Shown here one piece after another: positions 36,406-46,795 of a stretch of DNA of 64,000 nucleotides. The notes under the pieces are model-generated. The model was not told the DNA's origin. It saw nothing but the letters and a program-made list of their open reading frames with translations, and did no database searches. Every line of letters begins with the position of its first letter. The stretch's first letter is position 1. The DNA is from Candidatus Desulfarcum epimagneticum (GTDB lineage Bacteria > Desulfobacterota > Desulfobacteria > Desulfobacterales > CR-1), in assembly GCA_900659855.1 (NCBI GenBank), contig CAACVI010000050.1, forward strand, positions 85,902 through 149,901, written 5' to 3'. Position numbers and translations under genes: made by a program.

Positions 36406-37979
36406 AACTTTCCCGTCTTATTCGGCGTATGGATTCTTTGGGGCTTGTCGCGGGGCCTTTCCCGGAAAAGGACCCGGATGTGGGCGCCATTCATCACCGG
36501 TCCGGGGATGTGCGTCCGGGGGGTCTGTTTGTGGCGGTTCCCGGGTTTTTAAGTGACGGCCATGACCATATCGTCGAGGCCCTGGACCGGGGGGCCGCGG
36601 CCGTGGCGGGCCAGAGATCGGTCATTGAAAAAAAGAAAATCTTGATCCCGGGGACGCCGCTGGTCCAAACAGAGGATTCCCGAAAGGCTTTGGGCGCGAT
36701 TTCCGCCGAATTTTATGGGGACCCGTCCAAAAGCCTGAAAGTGATCGGGATCACGGGGACCAACGGGAAGACCACCACGTCCTTTATTCTGGAGAGCGTC
36801 CTGAAGGCCGCCGGACTCAACCCGGGCGTCATCGGGACCGTGGACTGCCGTTATATGGGCCGGACGATTGAAACCCGGACCACCACCCCGGAGTCCGCCG
36901 ATCTCCAAAGGATGATGGCCGAAATGCTCAAAGGAGGCGCCACCCATGTGGTTCTGGAGGTCTCGTCCCACGCCGTGGATTTGAGCCGGATATTCGGCTG
37001 CCGCTTTGACGCGGGGGTTTTCACGAACCTGACCCGGGACCATCTGGACTATCACAAGACCATGGACGGGTACTGGCGCTGCAAAAAACGGTTTTTCACC
37101 GATTTTATCGCGAAAAGCGGGAAAAAAGATTCCGCCGCGATCATCAACCGCCGGGACCCCAGGGGCCGGGAGCTTTTCCGGGAGCTGGGCGAGGGCGTCG
37201 GCCGGCCCCGGCTGGTTTCGACGGGATTCGGCGAGGGCGACATGGTCCGGCCCCTGGATTTTGAGATTCATTCCTCGGGCATTTCAGGACGCGCGGCGGT
37301 TCCGGGCGGGTCTTTCGCCCTGGAGTCCGGGCTCGCGGGGCGGCACAACCTGGAGAACATCCTGTGCGCCGCGGGCGCGGCCCACGCCCTGGGAATCCCG
37401 CCTCGGGCCATGGAGGAGGGAATCCGAAGGCTGAAGTCGGCGCCCGGGCGGCTGGAGCGCGTGGAAAATGACCGGGGGCTTTTCATCTATGTGGATTACG
37501 CCCACACCCCGGACGCCCTTGAAAACGTCCTGTCCACTTTGAAAAACCTGGGGACCGGGCGGCTTGTCTGCGTGTTCGGGTGCGGGGGGGATCGGGATGT
37601 GGAAAAAAGGCCCATGATGGGGCGGATATCCGGAAGGCTGGCGGATCTGTCCATCATCACGTCGGACAATCCCAGGACCGAGGACCCGGACCGGATCATG
37701 GCCCATGTGGAAAAGGGCGCCGCTCAGACATGCCCCAAAATGTATGATCCCGGCACGCTTAAACGGCTCGGTTTTTCGGAAAAGGGTCGGGCGCTGGAGC
37801 CCGACCGGGAAAAGGCCATCCGGCTGGCCATTGACGCCTCCAGGCCCGGCGATGTCATTCTCATCGCTGGAAAGGGGCACGAGGATTATCAGATCATCGG
37901 GGACAAAAAGATTCCTTTTGACGACAAAAAAAAGGTTCTGGAGGCCATCGGCGGCCCCGGGGCCGGCGGCGGGGGGTGA
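36402..37979 (+). CDS. murE: UDP-N-acetylmuramoyl-L-alanyl-D-glutamate--2,6-diaminopimelate ligase MurE
   Basis: GITGTNGKTTT P-loop and a DNPR motif (ITSDNPRTEDP). A TTG start overlaps the ftsI stop. Confidence 0.92.
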   Translation: MKLSRLIRRMDSLGLVAGPFPEKDPDVGAIHHRSGDVRPGGLFVAVPGFLSDGHDHIVEALDRGAAAVAGQRSVIEKKKILIPGTPLVQTEDSRKALGAISAEFYGDPSKSLKVIGITGTNGKTTTSFILESVLKAAGLNPGVIGTVDCRYMGRTIETRTTTPESADLQRMMAEMLKGGATHVVLEVSSHAVDLSRIFGCRFDAGVFTNLTRDHLDYHKTMDGYWRCKKRFFTDFIAKSGKKDSAAIINRRDPRGRELFRELGEGVGRPRLVSTGFGEGDMVRPLDFEIHSSGISGRAAVPGGSFALESGLAGRHNLENILCAAGAAHALGIPPRAMEEGIRRLKSAPGRLERVENDRGLFIYVDYAHTPDALENVLSTLKNLGTGRLVCVFGCGGDRDVEKRPMMGRISGRLADLSIITSDNPRTEDPDRIMAHVEKGAAQTCPKMYDPGTLKRLGFSEKGRALEPDREKAIRLAIDASRPGDVILIAGKGHEDYQIIGDKKIPFDDKKKVLEAIGGPGAGGGG

Positions 37980-37983
37980 GAAG

Positions 37984-39429
37984 GTGGCCCGGAATTTGGA
38001 GCAAACCCCTGAATGGACCCTGGAAGAGATCATCAAGGGCTCCCGTGGGGAGCGGATATGCGGGGACCTTGAAAGCGTGTTCGCCGGCGTGTCCATCGAT
38101 TCCCGCTCCCTGCGCCCCGACGATCTGTTCGTGGCCGTCAAGGGGGAGTCCCATGACGGGCATGCGTTTCTTTCCCGGGCCGAAGAAAAAGGCGCCCGGG
38201 GCTTTTTGATTAAAGAGGGCGGGGCCAAGGCGCCGGTTTTGGAAAAGTGGCGCCGGAAAGGGCTGGCGGCGGCGGCCGTTTCGGACACGACCCGGGCGCT
38301 GGGGGCGCTGGGGGCCTTCAACCTGGCCCGGTCCGGGGCGTCGGTGGTCGCGGTGACGGGATCCAACGGCAAAACCACCACCCGGAACATGACCGCCGCC
38401 ATCGCCCGGAGACGGTTTCGGACCCTGGCCACGGCCGGCAACATGAACAACCATATCGGGCTGCCTTTGACCCTGCTTAAGCTTTCCCGGCGCCATGAGT
38501 GGGCGGTTCTGGAGATGGGCATGAATCATCCCGGGGAAATCGGATACCTGGCGGGCCTGTGCCGCCCCGCCGTGGGAGTGATCACCAACACGGGCCCGGC
38601 CCACCTGGAGGGGGTGGGGTCTCTGGAGGGCGTGGCCCATGCCAAGGGAGAGCTGCTGGAAAATCTTCAGCCCGGGGGATGGGCCGTTCTCAACGCCGAT
38701 GATCCGCGGGTGGACATCCTGGCGGAAAAAGCCGGGGAGAAGGTTTTGTATTTCGGTCTTTCAAAGACAGCGGCGGTGAGAGCCGGGTCCATTAAAAAAA
38801 AAGGATCGGCCTTTTCCTTCGACCTGGCGCTTCCGGGGGAGAGCCTTCGGGTCCGTTTGAATGTCCCGGGGCGCTTCATGATCGCCAACGCCCTGGCGGC
38901 GGCCGGCGCGGCCCATCTGATGGGGATTTCCGGTGAGGATATCCGGACGGGCCTGGAGGATTTCAGGCCGGAGCCGGGGCGGATGAGCGTTCGAAAGGCC
39001 GGAGAAATTTCGGTGGTGGACGACACCTACAACGCCAACCCGGCCTCTGTGGCGGCGGCCATCTCCGCCCTTGGCGAGCTGGCCGGGGCCGGAGGAAAAT
39101 TTTTCGTCCTGGGCGACATGATGGAGTTGGGCGAGCGCGCCGAATCCATGCACCGGGAGGCGGGATTGGCCGTCGCCAAAGCCGGGGCCGAAGGTCTGTG
39201 CGTCTCGGGCCGGTTCGCCGCGGCCGCGGCCGGTGGGGCGAGGGAAGGCGGTCTGGATCCCGGGCGGATTTTTCGCGGAACCCGGGACGAGATCGCCGCG
39301 TATATAAAAAAAAGTCTCAAACCCGGCGACTGGGTCCTGGTCAAAGGCTCAAGGGCGGCGGGAATGGAGCGGGTCGTTGAAAAACTTCTGGAGACGGACC
39401 CGAAAAAGACAGACATCAAGGCGGATTGA
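37984..39429 (+). CDS. murF: UDP-N-acetylmuramoyl-tripeptide--D-alanyl-D-alanine ligase MurF
   Basis: [26 protein letters not shown] and [11 protein letters not shown] chose the GTG at 37984, just after the murE stop; the track ORF start at 37705 lies inside murE. Confidence 0.88.
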   Translation: MARNLEQTPEWTLEEIIKGSRGERICGDLESVFAGVSIDSRSLRPDDLFVAVKGESHDGHAFLSRAEEKGARGFLIKEGGAKAPVLEKWRRKGLAAAAVSDTTRALGALGAFNLARSGASVVAVTGSNGKTTTRNMTAAIARRRFRTLATAGNMNNHIGLPLTLLKLSRRHEWAVLEMGMNHPGEIGYLAGLCRPAVGVITNTGPAHLEGVGSLEGVAHAKGELLENLQPGGWAVLNADDPRVDILAEKAGEKVLYFGLSKTAAVRAGSIKKKGSAFSFDLALPGESLRVRLNVPGRFMIANALAAAGAAHLMGISGEDIRTGLEDFRPEPGRMSVRKAGEISVVDDTYNANPASVAAAISALGELAGAGGKFFVLGDMMELGERAESMHREAGLAVAKAGAEGLCVSGRFAAAAAGGAREGGLDPGRIFRGTRDEIAAYIKKSLKPGDWVLVKGSRAAGMERVVEKLLETDPKKTDIKAD

Positions 39430-39431
39430 GC

Positions 39432-40511
39432 ATGCTGTATCATCTTTTATACCCCCTTCACGAATATTTTTCGGTTTTCAATGTGTTTCGCTACATCACA
39501 TTCAGAACCATATACGCGTGCCTGGTGGCTTTTCTGATTTGCTTTATCATGGGGCCCGCGTTCATCGAGGCCCTTCGAAAGATGCAGGTGCGTCAGTATA
39601 TCCGCTCAAACGGCCCCAAATCCCACCTGGACAAGGCCGGGACCCCCACCATGGGGGGACTTTTGATTCTTTTTGCAGTGGCCCTTTCCACGCTCTTGTG
39701 GGCCGATTTGACCAATCCCCACATCTGGATCGCGCTTCTGTCCGCCGTGGGCTACGGCGCCATCGGATTTGCGGACGATTACCTGATGCAGATCAAAAAA
39801 AGGAGCAAGGGACTGAATGTCAGGAACAAATTCCTGCTCCAGGGGGTCCTGGGCCTCGCGGTGGGGACCCTGGTTTACCTGACGCCGGACTTTTCCACCC
39901 GGGTCGCGGCGCCTTTTTTCAAAAATGTCTCCCCGGATCTGGGGTGGGGATACATTCTGTTCGCGGCCTTTGTCATCGTGTCGGCCTCCAACGCCGTCAA
40001 TCTCACCGACGGCCTGGACGGACTGGCCATCGGGCCTGTGACCATCGCGGCCGGGACCTACATGATTTTCGCCTATGTGGCGGGGCACGCGGGGATCGCG
40101 GAGTATCTCCAGATCAATTATGTCAGAGGCTGCGGGGAGCTGACCATTTTCTGCGGGGCCATGGCCGGGGCCGGCCTGGGATTTTTATGGTTCAATTCCT
40201 ACCCCGCTGAGATTTTCATGGGGGATGTGGGCTCCCTTTCCCTGGGCGCCATGCTGGGGACTGTGGCGGTCATCACCAAGCAGGAGGCGCTTCTGGTCCT
40301 GGTGGGGGGTCTTTTTGTCATCGAGGCCCTGTCCGTGATATTCCAGGTGGGGTTTTTCAAAATGACCCGGGGACGGCGGATTTTTAAAATGGCCCCCCTT
40401 CATCACCATTTTGAATTAAAAGGGTGGAGCGAGCCCAAGATCATCGTTCGTTTCTGGATCATCGCGCTGGCGCTGGCCCTGATTTCCATGAGCGCCCTGA
40501 AATTGAGATAA
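39432..40511 (+). CDS. mraY: Phospho-N-acetylmuramoyl-pentapeptide transferase MraY
   Basis: [13 protein letters not shown]...[13 protein letters not shown]...[11 protein letters not shown]...HHHFEL. Confidence 0.93.
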   Translation: MLYHLLYPLHEYFSVFNVFRYITFRTIYACLVAFLICFIMGPAFIEALRKMQVRQYIRSNGPKSHLDKAGTPTMGGLLILFAVALSTLLWADLTNPHIWIALLSAVGYGAIGFADDYLMQIKKRSKGLNVRNKFLLQGVLGLAVGTLVYLTPDFSTRVAAPFFKNVSPDLGWGYILFAAFVIVSASNAVNLTDGLDGLAIGPVTIAAGTYMIFAYVAGHAGIAEYLQINYVRGCGELTIFCGAMAGAGLGFLWFNSYPAEIFMGDVGSLSLGAMLGTVAVITKQEALLVLVGGLFVIEALSVIFQVGFFKMTRGRRIFKMAPLHHHFELKGWSEPKIIVRFWIIALALALISMSALKLR

Positions 40512-40561
40512 AGGCTTTGAAAAAAGGAGCTGAGACAAATGGAGCCGGTTCATTGAAGAAG

Positions 40562-41956
40562 ATGAGCGTCGCGGGAAAAAAATTTCTGGTGGCGGGCTTG
40601 GGAAAATCAGGTCTGGCGGCGGCCCGGTTTTTAAAAGACCGGGGCGGGCGGGTGACGGCGGCGGACTCGGCCGGACCCGAAAAACTGGGCCGGTTCTTCG
40701 AGGCGGCCCGCGAGGCGGGGATCGCCCTGGAGCTGGCGGAGCGTTTCAACGCCGCCTTTGAGGACGCCGAGCGCATCGTCATCAGCCCGGGAATTCCCCA
40801 TGACATTGAGCCGGTTCAAAGGGCCCGGGAAAGGGGGGTTTCCGTGATCGGGGAGATTGAGCTGGCCTCCCGGTTCATCCCGGCCCCCATCGCGGCCATC
40901 ACGGGGACCAACGGAAAAACCACCGTCGCCACCCTCGTGGGGCGGATGCTTGAGGAGTCCGGGGCCCGGGTGTATGTGGGGGGCAACATCGGGACCCCTT
41001 TGATCGACTGCGCCGGCTCCCATGAAAAATACGACGTCGTGGTGGCCGAGATCAGCAGTTTTCAGCTTGAGACGGTGGAGACCTTTAAGCCGAAGACGGC
41101 GGTCATGCTCAATATCACCGAAGACCATCTGGACCGGCACCGGGACATGGACACGTACGCCGGGGCCAAGGCGCGGATATTTGAGAACCAGGATTCAACC
41201 GATTTCGCCGTGTTAAACGGATTTGATCCGCAGGTTCTTGAAAGGGCCGCGGGCGTCCGCTCAACGTCCCTCGTGTTCGGGGGCGGGAAGGGTTTTGACG
41301 GCGCGGCGGCCCTCCAGGGGAAAAGAATCGTTTTCGGGCCGGCCGTGAAAAGGCTTCCGGGATTCGCCCGGGCCCGGGACATTGATCTTGGACAGGCCGG
41401 ACTCGTCGGACGGCACAACCATGAAAACATCGCGGCCTCATTCCTGGCCGCGGCCGCGTCCGGGGGGACCTTCGAAGGGGCGCTGGCCGCCCTGGAAAGC
41501 TTCGGGGGGCTTCCCCACCGGATCCAGCGAGTGGGGGCCGTTGACGGGGCGGATTATTACAACGACTCCAAGGCCACCAACGCGGACGCCGCGTTAAGGG
41601 CGCTGGAGGCCTTTGACCGTCCCGTGGTCCTGATTATGGGAGGGCGGGACAAAAACGCCGATTTCGCCGTCCTTTCGGAGGCGATCCGGAAAAGGGTGAA
41701 GACCCTCGTCGTCATGGGCGAGGCCGCCAAAAAGATCGAGTCCGCGCTGGGGTACCCGGCGCCGATCAAACGGGCGGGGTCCATGGAAGAGGCGGTTTTC
41801 ATGGCGCATGGGGCCGCAAGGCCCGGGGACGTGGTCCTTCTGTCCCCGGGCTGCGCCAGTTTTGACATGTACGAAAGCTACGCCGCGCGGGGAGAGGATT
41901 TCGCCCGCGCCGTCCATGAAATCAAGGGGAGGCGACATGTCGAAGATCGGGATTGA
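40562..41956 (+). CDS. murD: UDP-N-acetylmuramoylalanine--D-glutamate ligase MurD
   Basis: VAGLGKSGLAAARFL and ITGTNGKTT. The internal ATG at 40562 is preferred. Confidence 0.9.
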   Translation: MSVAGKKFLVAGLGKSGLAAARFLKDRGGRVTAADSAGPEKLGRFFEAAREAGIALELAERFNAAFEDAERIVISPGIPHDIEPVQRARERGVSVIGEIELASRFIPAPIAAITGTNGKTTVATLVGRMLEESGARVYVGGNIGTPLIDCAGSHEKYDVVVAEISSFQLETVETFKPKTAVMLNITEDHLDRHRDMDTYAGAKARIFENQDSTDFAVLNGFDPQVLERAAGVRSTSLVFGGGKGFDGAAALQGKRIVFGPAVKRLPGFARARDIDLGQAGLVGRHNHENIAASFLAAAASGGTFEGALAALESFGGLPHRIQRVGAVDGADYYNDSKATNADAALRALEAFDRPVVLIMGGRDKNADFAVLSEAIRKRVKTLVVMGEAAKKIESALGYPAPIKRAGSMEEAVFMAHGAARPGDVVLLSPGCASFDMYESYAARGEDFARAVHEIKGRRHVEDRD

Positions 41957-43079
41957 CCGGGATGTCCCGGGGACCATGTCATACGACTTAAAACTTCTGT
42001 TTCCGGTTCTTTGCCTGGCCGGAATCGGGGTGGTGATGGTGTTCAGCGCAAGCTCGGCCCTGGCGGGACAGAAGTTCGGCTCCCACTACTATTTTTTGAA
42101 GAGACAGGCTTTTTTCCTGGGCCTGGGGTCGGGCGTCCTTTTTTTATGCCGCCACATTCCCTATGGGCTTTTCAAGCTCGCGGCCTACCCCCTTCTGGCG
42201 CTGTCCGCGATTTTCCTGGCGGCTCTTCACGTCCCTTTTTTGGGATACGCCGCCGCCGGATCCACCCGCTGGCTGGATTTGGGGCTTTTTTCTTTTCAGC
42301 CCTCGGAGATGGCGCGTTTTGCCATGATCGTGTTTCTGGCTTCGTCCATGAGCAAAAATCCGGATTCCATCAAACGGTTTTCCTCCGGATTCCTGCCCCA
42401 TATGATCGCGCTGGGCGTCTTTACGGCCCTGATATTCATGGAGCCGGACTTCGGCTCCGCCGTGATCCTGGCGGCGGTGACATGGATCATGCTCTTTGTG
42501 GGCGGGGGGCGTCTGCGCCATCTGGCGGGATCGCTGGCGCTTCTTTTGCCGGTGTTTTTCTTTTTTATGATCAACGCCCAGTACCGGGTCAAGCGTATTT
42601 TGACGTTTTTAAATCCCTGGGAAAATTCCGCCGGGGACGGCTACCAGATCGTCCATTCCCTCATGGCCTTCGGTAGCGGCGGAATATGGGGAATGGGGAT
42701 CGGCAAAGGATATCAGAAACTGTTTTACCTGCCCGAGCCCCACACCGATTTTATTTTTTCGGTCATCGGCGAGGAAATGGGGCTGGCCGGCGCTTTGTTC
42801 ATCCTGGCCCTTTATTCGGTCATTGTCTGGCAGGGGATCAAGGTGTCCCTCCATGCCAAAGACGCCTTTGGATCGTTTTTGTCCATGGGGCTCATCACCG
42901 CCATCGGGCTTCAGGCCTGCGTCAATATGGCCATGACCATGGGGCTGCTTCCCACAAAGGGGCTGGCGCTGCCCTTTTTGAGCTACGGCGGGACTTCCCT
43001 TCTCATTAACATGGCCTCTGTGGGGATACTGATGAATATCGGGGCCAACCAGGAGAAAAAGGCTTATGAAAAGCGCTGA
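41937..43079 (+). CDS. ftsW: Peptidoglycan glycosyltransferase / cell division protein FtsW (SEDS family)
   Basis: FQPSEMARFAMIVFLA...YLPEPHTDFIFSVIGEE...LPFLSYGGTS. Confidence 0.9.
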   Translation: MSKIGIDRDVPGTMSYDLKLLFPVLCLAGIGVVMVFSASSALAGQKFGSHYYFLKRQAFFLGLGSGVLFLCRHIPYGLFKLAAYPLLALSAIFLAALHVPFLGYAAAGSTRWLDLGLFSFQPSEMARFAMIVFLASSMSKNPDSIKRFSSGFLPHMIALGVFTALIFMEPDFGSAVILAAVTWIMLFVGGGRLRHLAGSLALLLPVFFFFMINAQYRVKRILTFLNPWENSAGDGYQIVHSLMAFGSGGIWGMGIGKGYQKLFYLPEPHTDFIFSVIGEEMGLAGALFILALYSVIVWQGIKVSLHAKDAFGSFLSMGLITAIGLQACVNMAMTMGLLPTKGLALPFLSYGGTSLLINMASVGILMNIGANQEKKAYEKR

Positions 43080-44205
43080 TCACGGAAAAAAAGACCGGCC
43101 CCTGGCCGTGGTCATCGCCGGGGGGGGCACCGGGGGGCATCTTTTCCCGGCCATCAGCCTGGCCGAGGCGTTTCAGGACAAGGCGCCCGGCGTCCGGATT
43201 CTTTTCGTGAACACGGGCAATGCGTTTGAGACGAAAACCCTGTCCAGGGAGGGATTTTCCTTTCAAAAAATACCGGCCCGGGGGCTGAAAGGAAAGGGCC
43301 TGGCGGGTCGGTTTAAAACGCTCATGATCCTTCCCCGGGGAATCTTCCGGTCGATTTCGATTTTAAGGGCCTTTCGCCCCGACCTCGTGGTGGGCGTGGG
43401 GGGGTATTCGTCGGGGCCCGCGGGCCTGGCCGCGAAATTTTTGGGGATTCCCCTGGCGCTGCACGAGCAGAACATCCTGCCGGGGATCGCCAACCGGTTT
43501 TTGTCCCTTTTCGCGGCCCGGGTCTATGTGTCTTTTGACGACACGCGCCTGTCGTCCGGAAAGGCGTTTTTGCCCGCCATTAATCCGGCCCGGGTTCTTG
43601 TGACCGGGAATCCCATCCGGAGGCGGATGCGAAAGGGAATCGGGCATGGGAAAAAAAACGGCGGGGCGTTTCGTGTCCTGATCCTCGGGGGAAGCCAGGG
43701 CGCCCGCGCCATCAACGAGGCGGTCATGGACGCCCTGGGACTTTTCAAAGAGGATGAAAGCGTTTTTTTGACCCACCAGACCGGGGAAAAAGACGCCGCG
43801 GAAGTGGCGGCGGCTTACCGGCGAAGCCAAACGCCGGGCCGGGTCCGGGCGTTTTTTCATGACATGGATCGGCGCTACGCCGAAGCCGATTTGATCCTTT
43901 GCCGGGCCGGGGCCGGGACGGTGTCGGAAATCGCGGCCATGGGAAAAGCGGCTGTTTTTGTTCCGTTTCCCTTCGCCGCCGACAATCACCAGGTTTTAAA
44001 CGCCATGTCCATGAAGGAAAAAGGCGCCGCTGAAATTATTTTCCAGGATGATTTGACCGGGCCGCGCATCTATGAGATGATAAAAAGTTATCAATCCGAC
44101 CGGCGGCCCCTTCTGGAGATGGCGAAAAAGGCCGGGGAAACGGGGCGGCCCGAGGCGGCGGACCGGATTGTGGAGGATTGCCTCCGTCTGACGGGGCGGC
44201 TGTGA
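43066..44205 (+). CDS. murG: UDP-N-acetylglucosamine--N-acetylmuramyl-(pentapeptide) pyrophosphoryl-undecaprenol GlcNAc transferase MurG
   Basis: AGGGTGGHLFPAISLAE...CRAGAGTVSEIAAMGKAAVFVPFP. Confidence 0.9.
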   Translation: MKSADHGKKDRPLAVVIAGGGTGGHLFPAISLAEAFQDKAPGVRILFVNTGNAFETKTLSREGFSFQKIPARGLKGKGLAGRFKTLMILPRGIFRSISILRAFRPDLVVGVGGYSSGPAGLAAKFLGIPLALHEQNILPGIANRFLSLFAARVYVSFDDTRLSSGKAFLPAINPARVLVTGNPIRRRMRKGIGHGKKNGGAFRVLILGGSQGARAINEAVMDALGLFKEDESVFLTHQTGEKDAAEVAAAYRRSQTPGRVRAFFHDMDRRYAEADLILCRAGAGTVSEIAAMGKAAVFVPFPFAADNHQVLNAMSMKEKGAAEIIFQDDLTGPRIYEMIKSYQSDRRPLLEMAKKAGETGRPEAADRIVEDCLRLTGRL

Positions 44206-44250
44206 AAAGGTTTATGAAGAATCAAATAAAAAATCCATTGAGGAGGCCCT

Positions 44251-44475
44251 ATGCTGACTGTGCGGGGAACATTTGACGGGAAAAATATCAAACCCCTTGA
44301 TCCTGTGCCGTTTGACGGGAAAACGGAAGTTTTGATCACTTTTCTGCGCCGGGACGCTCGATCAACAGCCAAAAAAACAGGGACCTGGCGGGATTTAAAG
44401 GGGAGCGCCAGGGGGGAAAACTTGACGACGGCTTTGCTGACGTCGAGAAAAAAGGATTTGATGCGTGAAAAATAA
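44251..44475 (+). CDS. Small antitoxin-like protein (DUF104/AF2212-like N-terminus)
   Basis: 74 aa, MLTVRGTFDGKNIKPLDPVPFDGKTEVLITF. It overlaps the downstream PIN gene by 11 nt. Confidence 0.55.
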   Translation: MLTVRGTFDGKNIKPLDPVPFDGKTEVLITFLRRDARSTAKKTGTWRDLKGSARGENLTTALLTSRKKDLMREK

Positions 44476-44884
44476 ATATGTTCTGGACACTTCGGCGATC
44501 TTTACCTTTTTGGAGGATGAACCCGGCGCCGATGATGTGGAAAGCCTTCTTGACAAGGCGGAAGAGGGCGGCGCCGTGATCTTTCTCTCTTTCATGACGT
44601 TTGCGGAGGTTTATTATATCTCCTTTCGTAAGCGGGGAAAAGATGTCGCGGAGCGCCGAGTGCAGGAGCTTTTCATGATGCCCGTGATACGAGTGGATTC
44701 GAACGCCGAATCGTCATATGTCGCCGGCCGGATCAAGGCGTCGCGTCGCATGTCGATGGCTGACGCCTGGATAGCGGCCCTGGCTAAAATCAAAAAAGCC
44801 GCGCTGGTTCATAAAGACCCTGAATTTGAAAGCATTGAGAATGAAGTGGAGGTCTTAAAGCTTCCTTATAAGAATGCGAACTGA
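44465..44884 (+). CDS. vapC: PIN-domain toxin VapC
   Basis: 139 aa with YVLDTSAIFTFLEDEPG...MSMADAWIAALA...LVHKDPEF. It starts with GTG. Confidence 0.8.
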   Translation: MKNKYVLDTSAIFTFLEDEPGADDVESLLDKAEEGGAVIFLSFMTFAEVYYISFRKRGKDVAERRVQELFMMPVIRVDSNAESSYVAGRIKASRRMSMADAWIAALAKIKKAALVHKDPEFESIENEVEVLKLPYKNAN

Positions 44885-44886
44885 GC

Positions 44887-45009
44887 ATGAAAATACCCAT
44901 TGATCTGGTGGTGAGCGCCAAAGGGGAATACGATATTATCTCAAATGATGAAAACACATTTTCCAGCGAGATAAAAGAGACCGGAAAAGCCCTGTATGAA
45001 AAAAAATAA
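44887..45009 (+). pseudogene. Possible C-terminal remnant of a nucleotidyltransferase-type gene
   Basis: A 40-codon ORF, MKIPIDLVVSAKGEYDI...EIKETGKALYEKK. The IDLVV and GKALYE endings resemble MNT-type proteins. The evidence is weak and short. Confidence 0.25.
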
Positions 45010-45349
45010 GAAAGGACGGGAACATGTAAACAAACAATTTAACCGTGTCGCTATGACGCCCGAGGGAAACGTGTCGATTATGGGCCTTTATGCGTTGGTT
45101 GATTACGTCCATTTTAAGGGAGATGGAACCCATCCTATAGAGGATTATGATGGGCAAAAGTGGGGACTTATGCAAGTTTTACTGGAAATGCCTGACGATG
45201 ACAGAAAAGATCCAAGAGAAAGCTTTGCGGAGGCAGCCAAGTCTATTTTAAGGAAACGCGTGGAAAAAGCCCCTGTTGATAAAAAAGAGAGAGAAAAGAG
45301 ATGGTTTCGAGTATTATGGGAACCCAGAATAAACACTTACAATTACTAA
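44996..45349 (+). CDS. Hypothetical protein (AT-rich ORF of unknown family, possibly a fragment)
   Basis: 117 aa with no family recognised. Its composition differs from the flanking mur genes. Confidence 0.35.
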   Translation: MKKNKKGREHVNKQFNRVAMTPEGNVSIMGLYALVDYVHFKGDGTHPIEDYDGQKWGLMQVLLEMPDDDRKDPRESFAEAAKSILRKRVEKAPVDKKEREKRWFRVLWEPRINTYNY

Positions 45350-45424
45350 TATACAAAATAACTTGGCAGGCCTCTATTAAGCTTCCGGAATTTTTGTAAA
45401 TATTATAGCCTTGTGTTTCAAAAC

Positions 45425-46795
45425 ATGTACAATAAAAAATACCAAATACATTTTGTGGGAATCGGGGGCATCGGCATGAGCGGCATCGCCGAGCTTCTGC
45501 TTCGGCTGGGCTACCGGGTGACCGGCTCCGACATCCGGTCCTCGGATATCACCCGCCGCCTGGAAAGCCTGGGCTGCGAGGTGAGGGAGGGCCACGCCGC
45601 CGGCCACGCCGCCGGGGCCGACATCGTGGTGGTCTCCAACGCCATCCCGCCGGACAATCCCGAGGTTCTGGCGGCCGGGGAGAACTCGACCCCCGTGATT
45701 CCCCGGGCCGAGATGCTGGCGGAGCTGATGCGTTTCAAATACGGCGTGGCCATTTCCGGCGCCCACGGCAAGACCTCCACCACCTCCGTCGTGGCCTCCA
45801 TCCTGGGGGAGGGGGGGCTGGATCCCACGGTGGTCATCGGGGGCAAGCTCAAAAGCGTGGGCTACAACGCGGTCCTGGGACAGGGGGATTTTATCGTGGC
45901 CGAGGCCGACGAAAGCGACGGGTCATTTCTCAGGATGTCGCCGTCCATCGCCGTGGTCACCAATATCGACCGGGAGCACCTGGATTTTTACAAGGACCTG
46001 GATGAGATCAAGGACGCCTTCGCGCGTTTCATCGACGGCATGCCGTTTTACGGCCTGGCGGTTCTTTGCGCCGACGACCCCCATGTGAGGGAGCTGATTC
46101 CCGGGATCAAAAAACGTTTCACCACTTACGGGACGTCGCCCGGCGCGGACCTGGAGGTGACGGACATTGAGTTCGACGGTTTGAAAACCGTGTTCCAGGT
46201 GGCGCGCTCAGGCGAAAGGCTGGGGGATATCCGGCTTAATCTTCCCGGTTTTCACAACGCCCGAAACGCGGCGGCGGGCATCGCGGTGGGCCTTGAGCTG
46301 GGCGTTTCTTTTGACAAAATTCGCTCCGCGCTTGAGGGCCACAGGGGGGTGGAGCGGCGCCTGGAGATCAAGGGAGAGGTCCGGGGGATTCTGGTGGTGG
46401 ACGATTACGGCCACCATCCCACCGAGATCGAAACCACTCTGGACGCGCTGGAGAAGAGCTTCCCGGAAAGGCGCGTGGCGGCGTTGTTTCAGCCCCATCG
46501 GCACACCCGGACCCGGGCGTTGTTCGACGAGTTTTCCCGGGTGTTTCACCGGGCCGGCGTGGTGTATGCGCTGCCGGTTTACGCCGCCGGGGAGAAGGCC
46601 GTTCCCGGCTCGGACAGCCGGGAACTCGCCGCCGCCATTGAAAAGGAAAGCGGCGTTCCGGCGTTTTATGTGAAGGATTTTGACGCCGCGGCCCTTCGCC
46701 TGGGAAAAGAGCTCGGAAACGGCGACATTCTTCTCACCCTTGGGGCCGGGGATGTGTGGAAGGCCGGGGAGCGGTTTATTCGCGATGCTGACTGA
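45425..46795 (+). CDS. murC: UDP-N-acetylmuramate--L-alanine ligase MurC
   Basis: IHFVGIGGIGMSGIAE...ISGAHGKTSTTS. The ATG at 45425 is preferred to the GTG at 45413. Confidence 0.92.
   Translation: MYNKKYQIHFVGIGGIGMSGIAELLLRLGYRVTGSDIRSSDITRRLESLGCEVREGHAAGHAAGADIVVVSNAIPPDNPEVLAAGENSTPVIPRAEMLAELMRFKYGVAISGAHGKTSTTSVVASILGEGGLDPTVVIGGKLKSVGYNAVLGQGDFIVAEADESDGSFLRMSPSIAVVTNIDREHLDFYKDLDEIKDAFARFIDGMPFYGLAVLCADDPHVRELIPGIKKRFTTYGTSPGADLEVTDIEFDGLKTVFQVARSGERLGDIRLNLPGFHNARNAAAGIAVGLELGVSFDKIRSALEGHRGVERRLEIKGEVRGILVVDDYGHHPTEIETTLDALEKSFPERRVAALFQPHRHTRTRALFDEFSRVFHRAGVVYALPVYAAGEKAVPGSDSRELAAAIEKESGVPAFYVKDFDAAALRLGKELGNGDILLTLGAGDVWKAGERFIRDAD

Noticed and set aside
37705-37983. Long N-terminal extensions in the ORF track. 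The murF example is shown here; the same occurs for ruvC at 9908, murD at 40424, ftsW at 41808, murB at 46680, tatD at 28961, birA up to 26764, the permease at 10988 and the transporter at 59954.
   Set aside because: The extensions overlap the preceding gene in another frame and translate to non-homologous, Arg/Pro-rich sequence. Internal starts placed right after the upstream stop, often with an RBS, fit the conserved N-termini.
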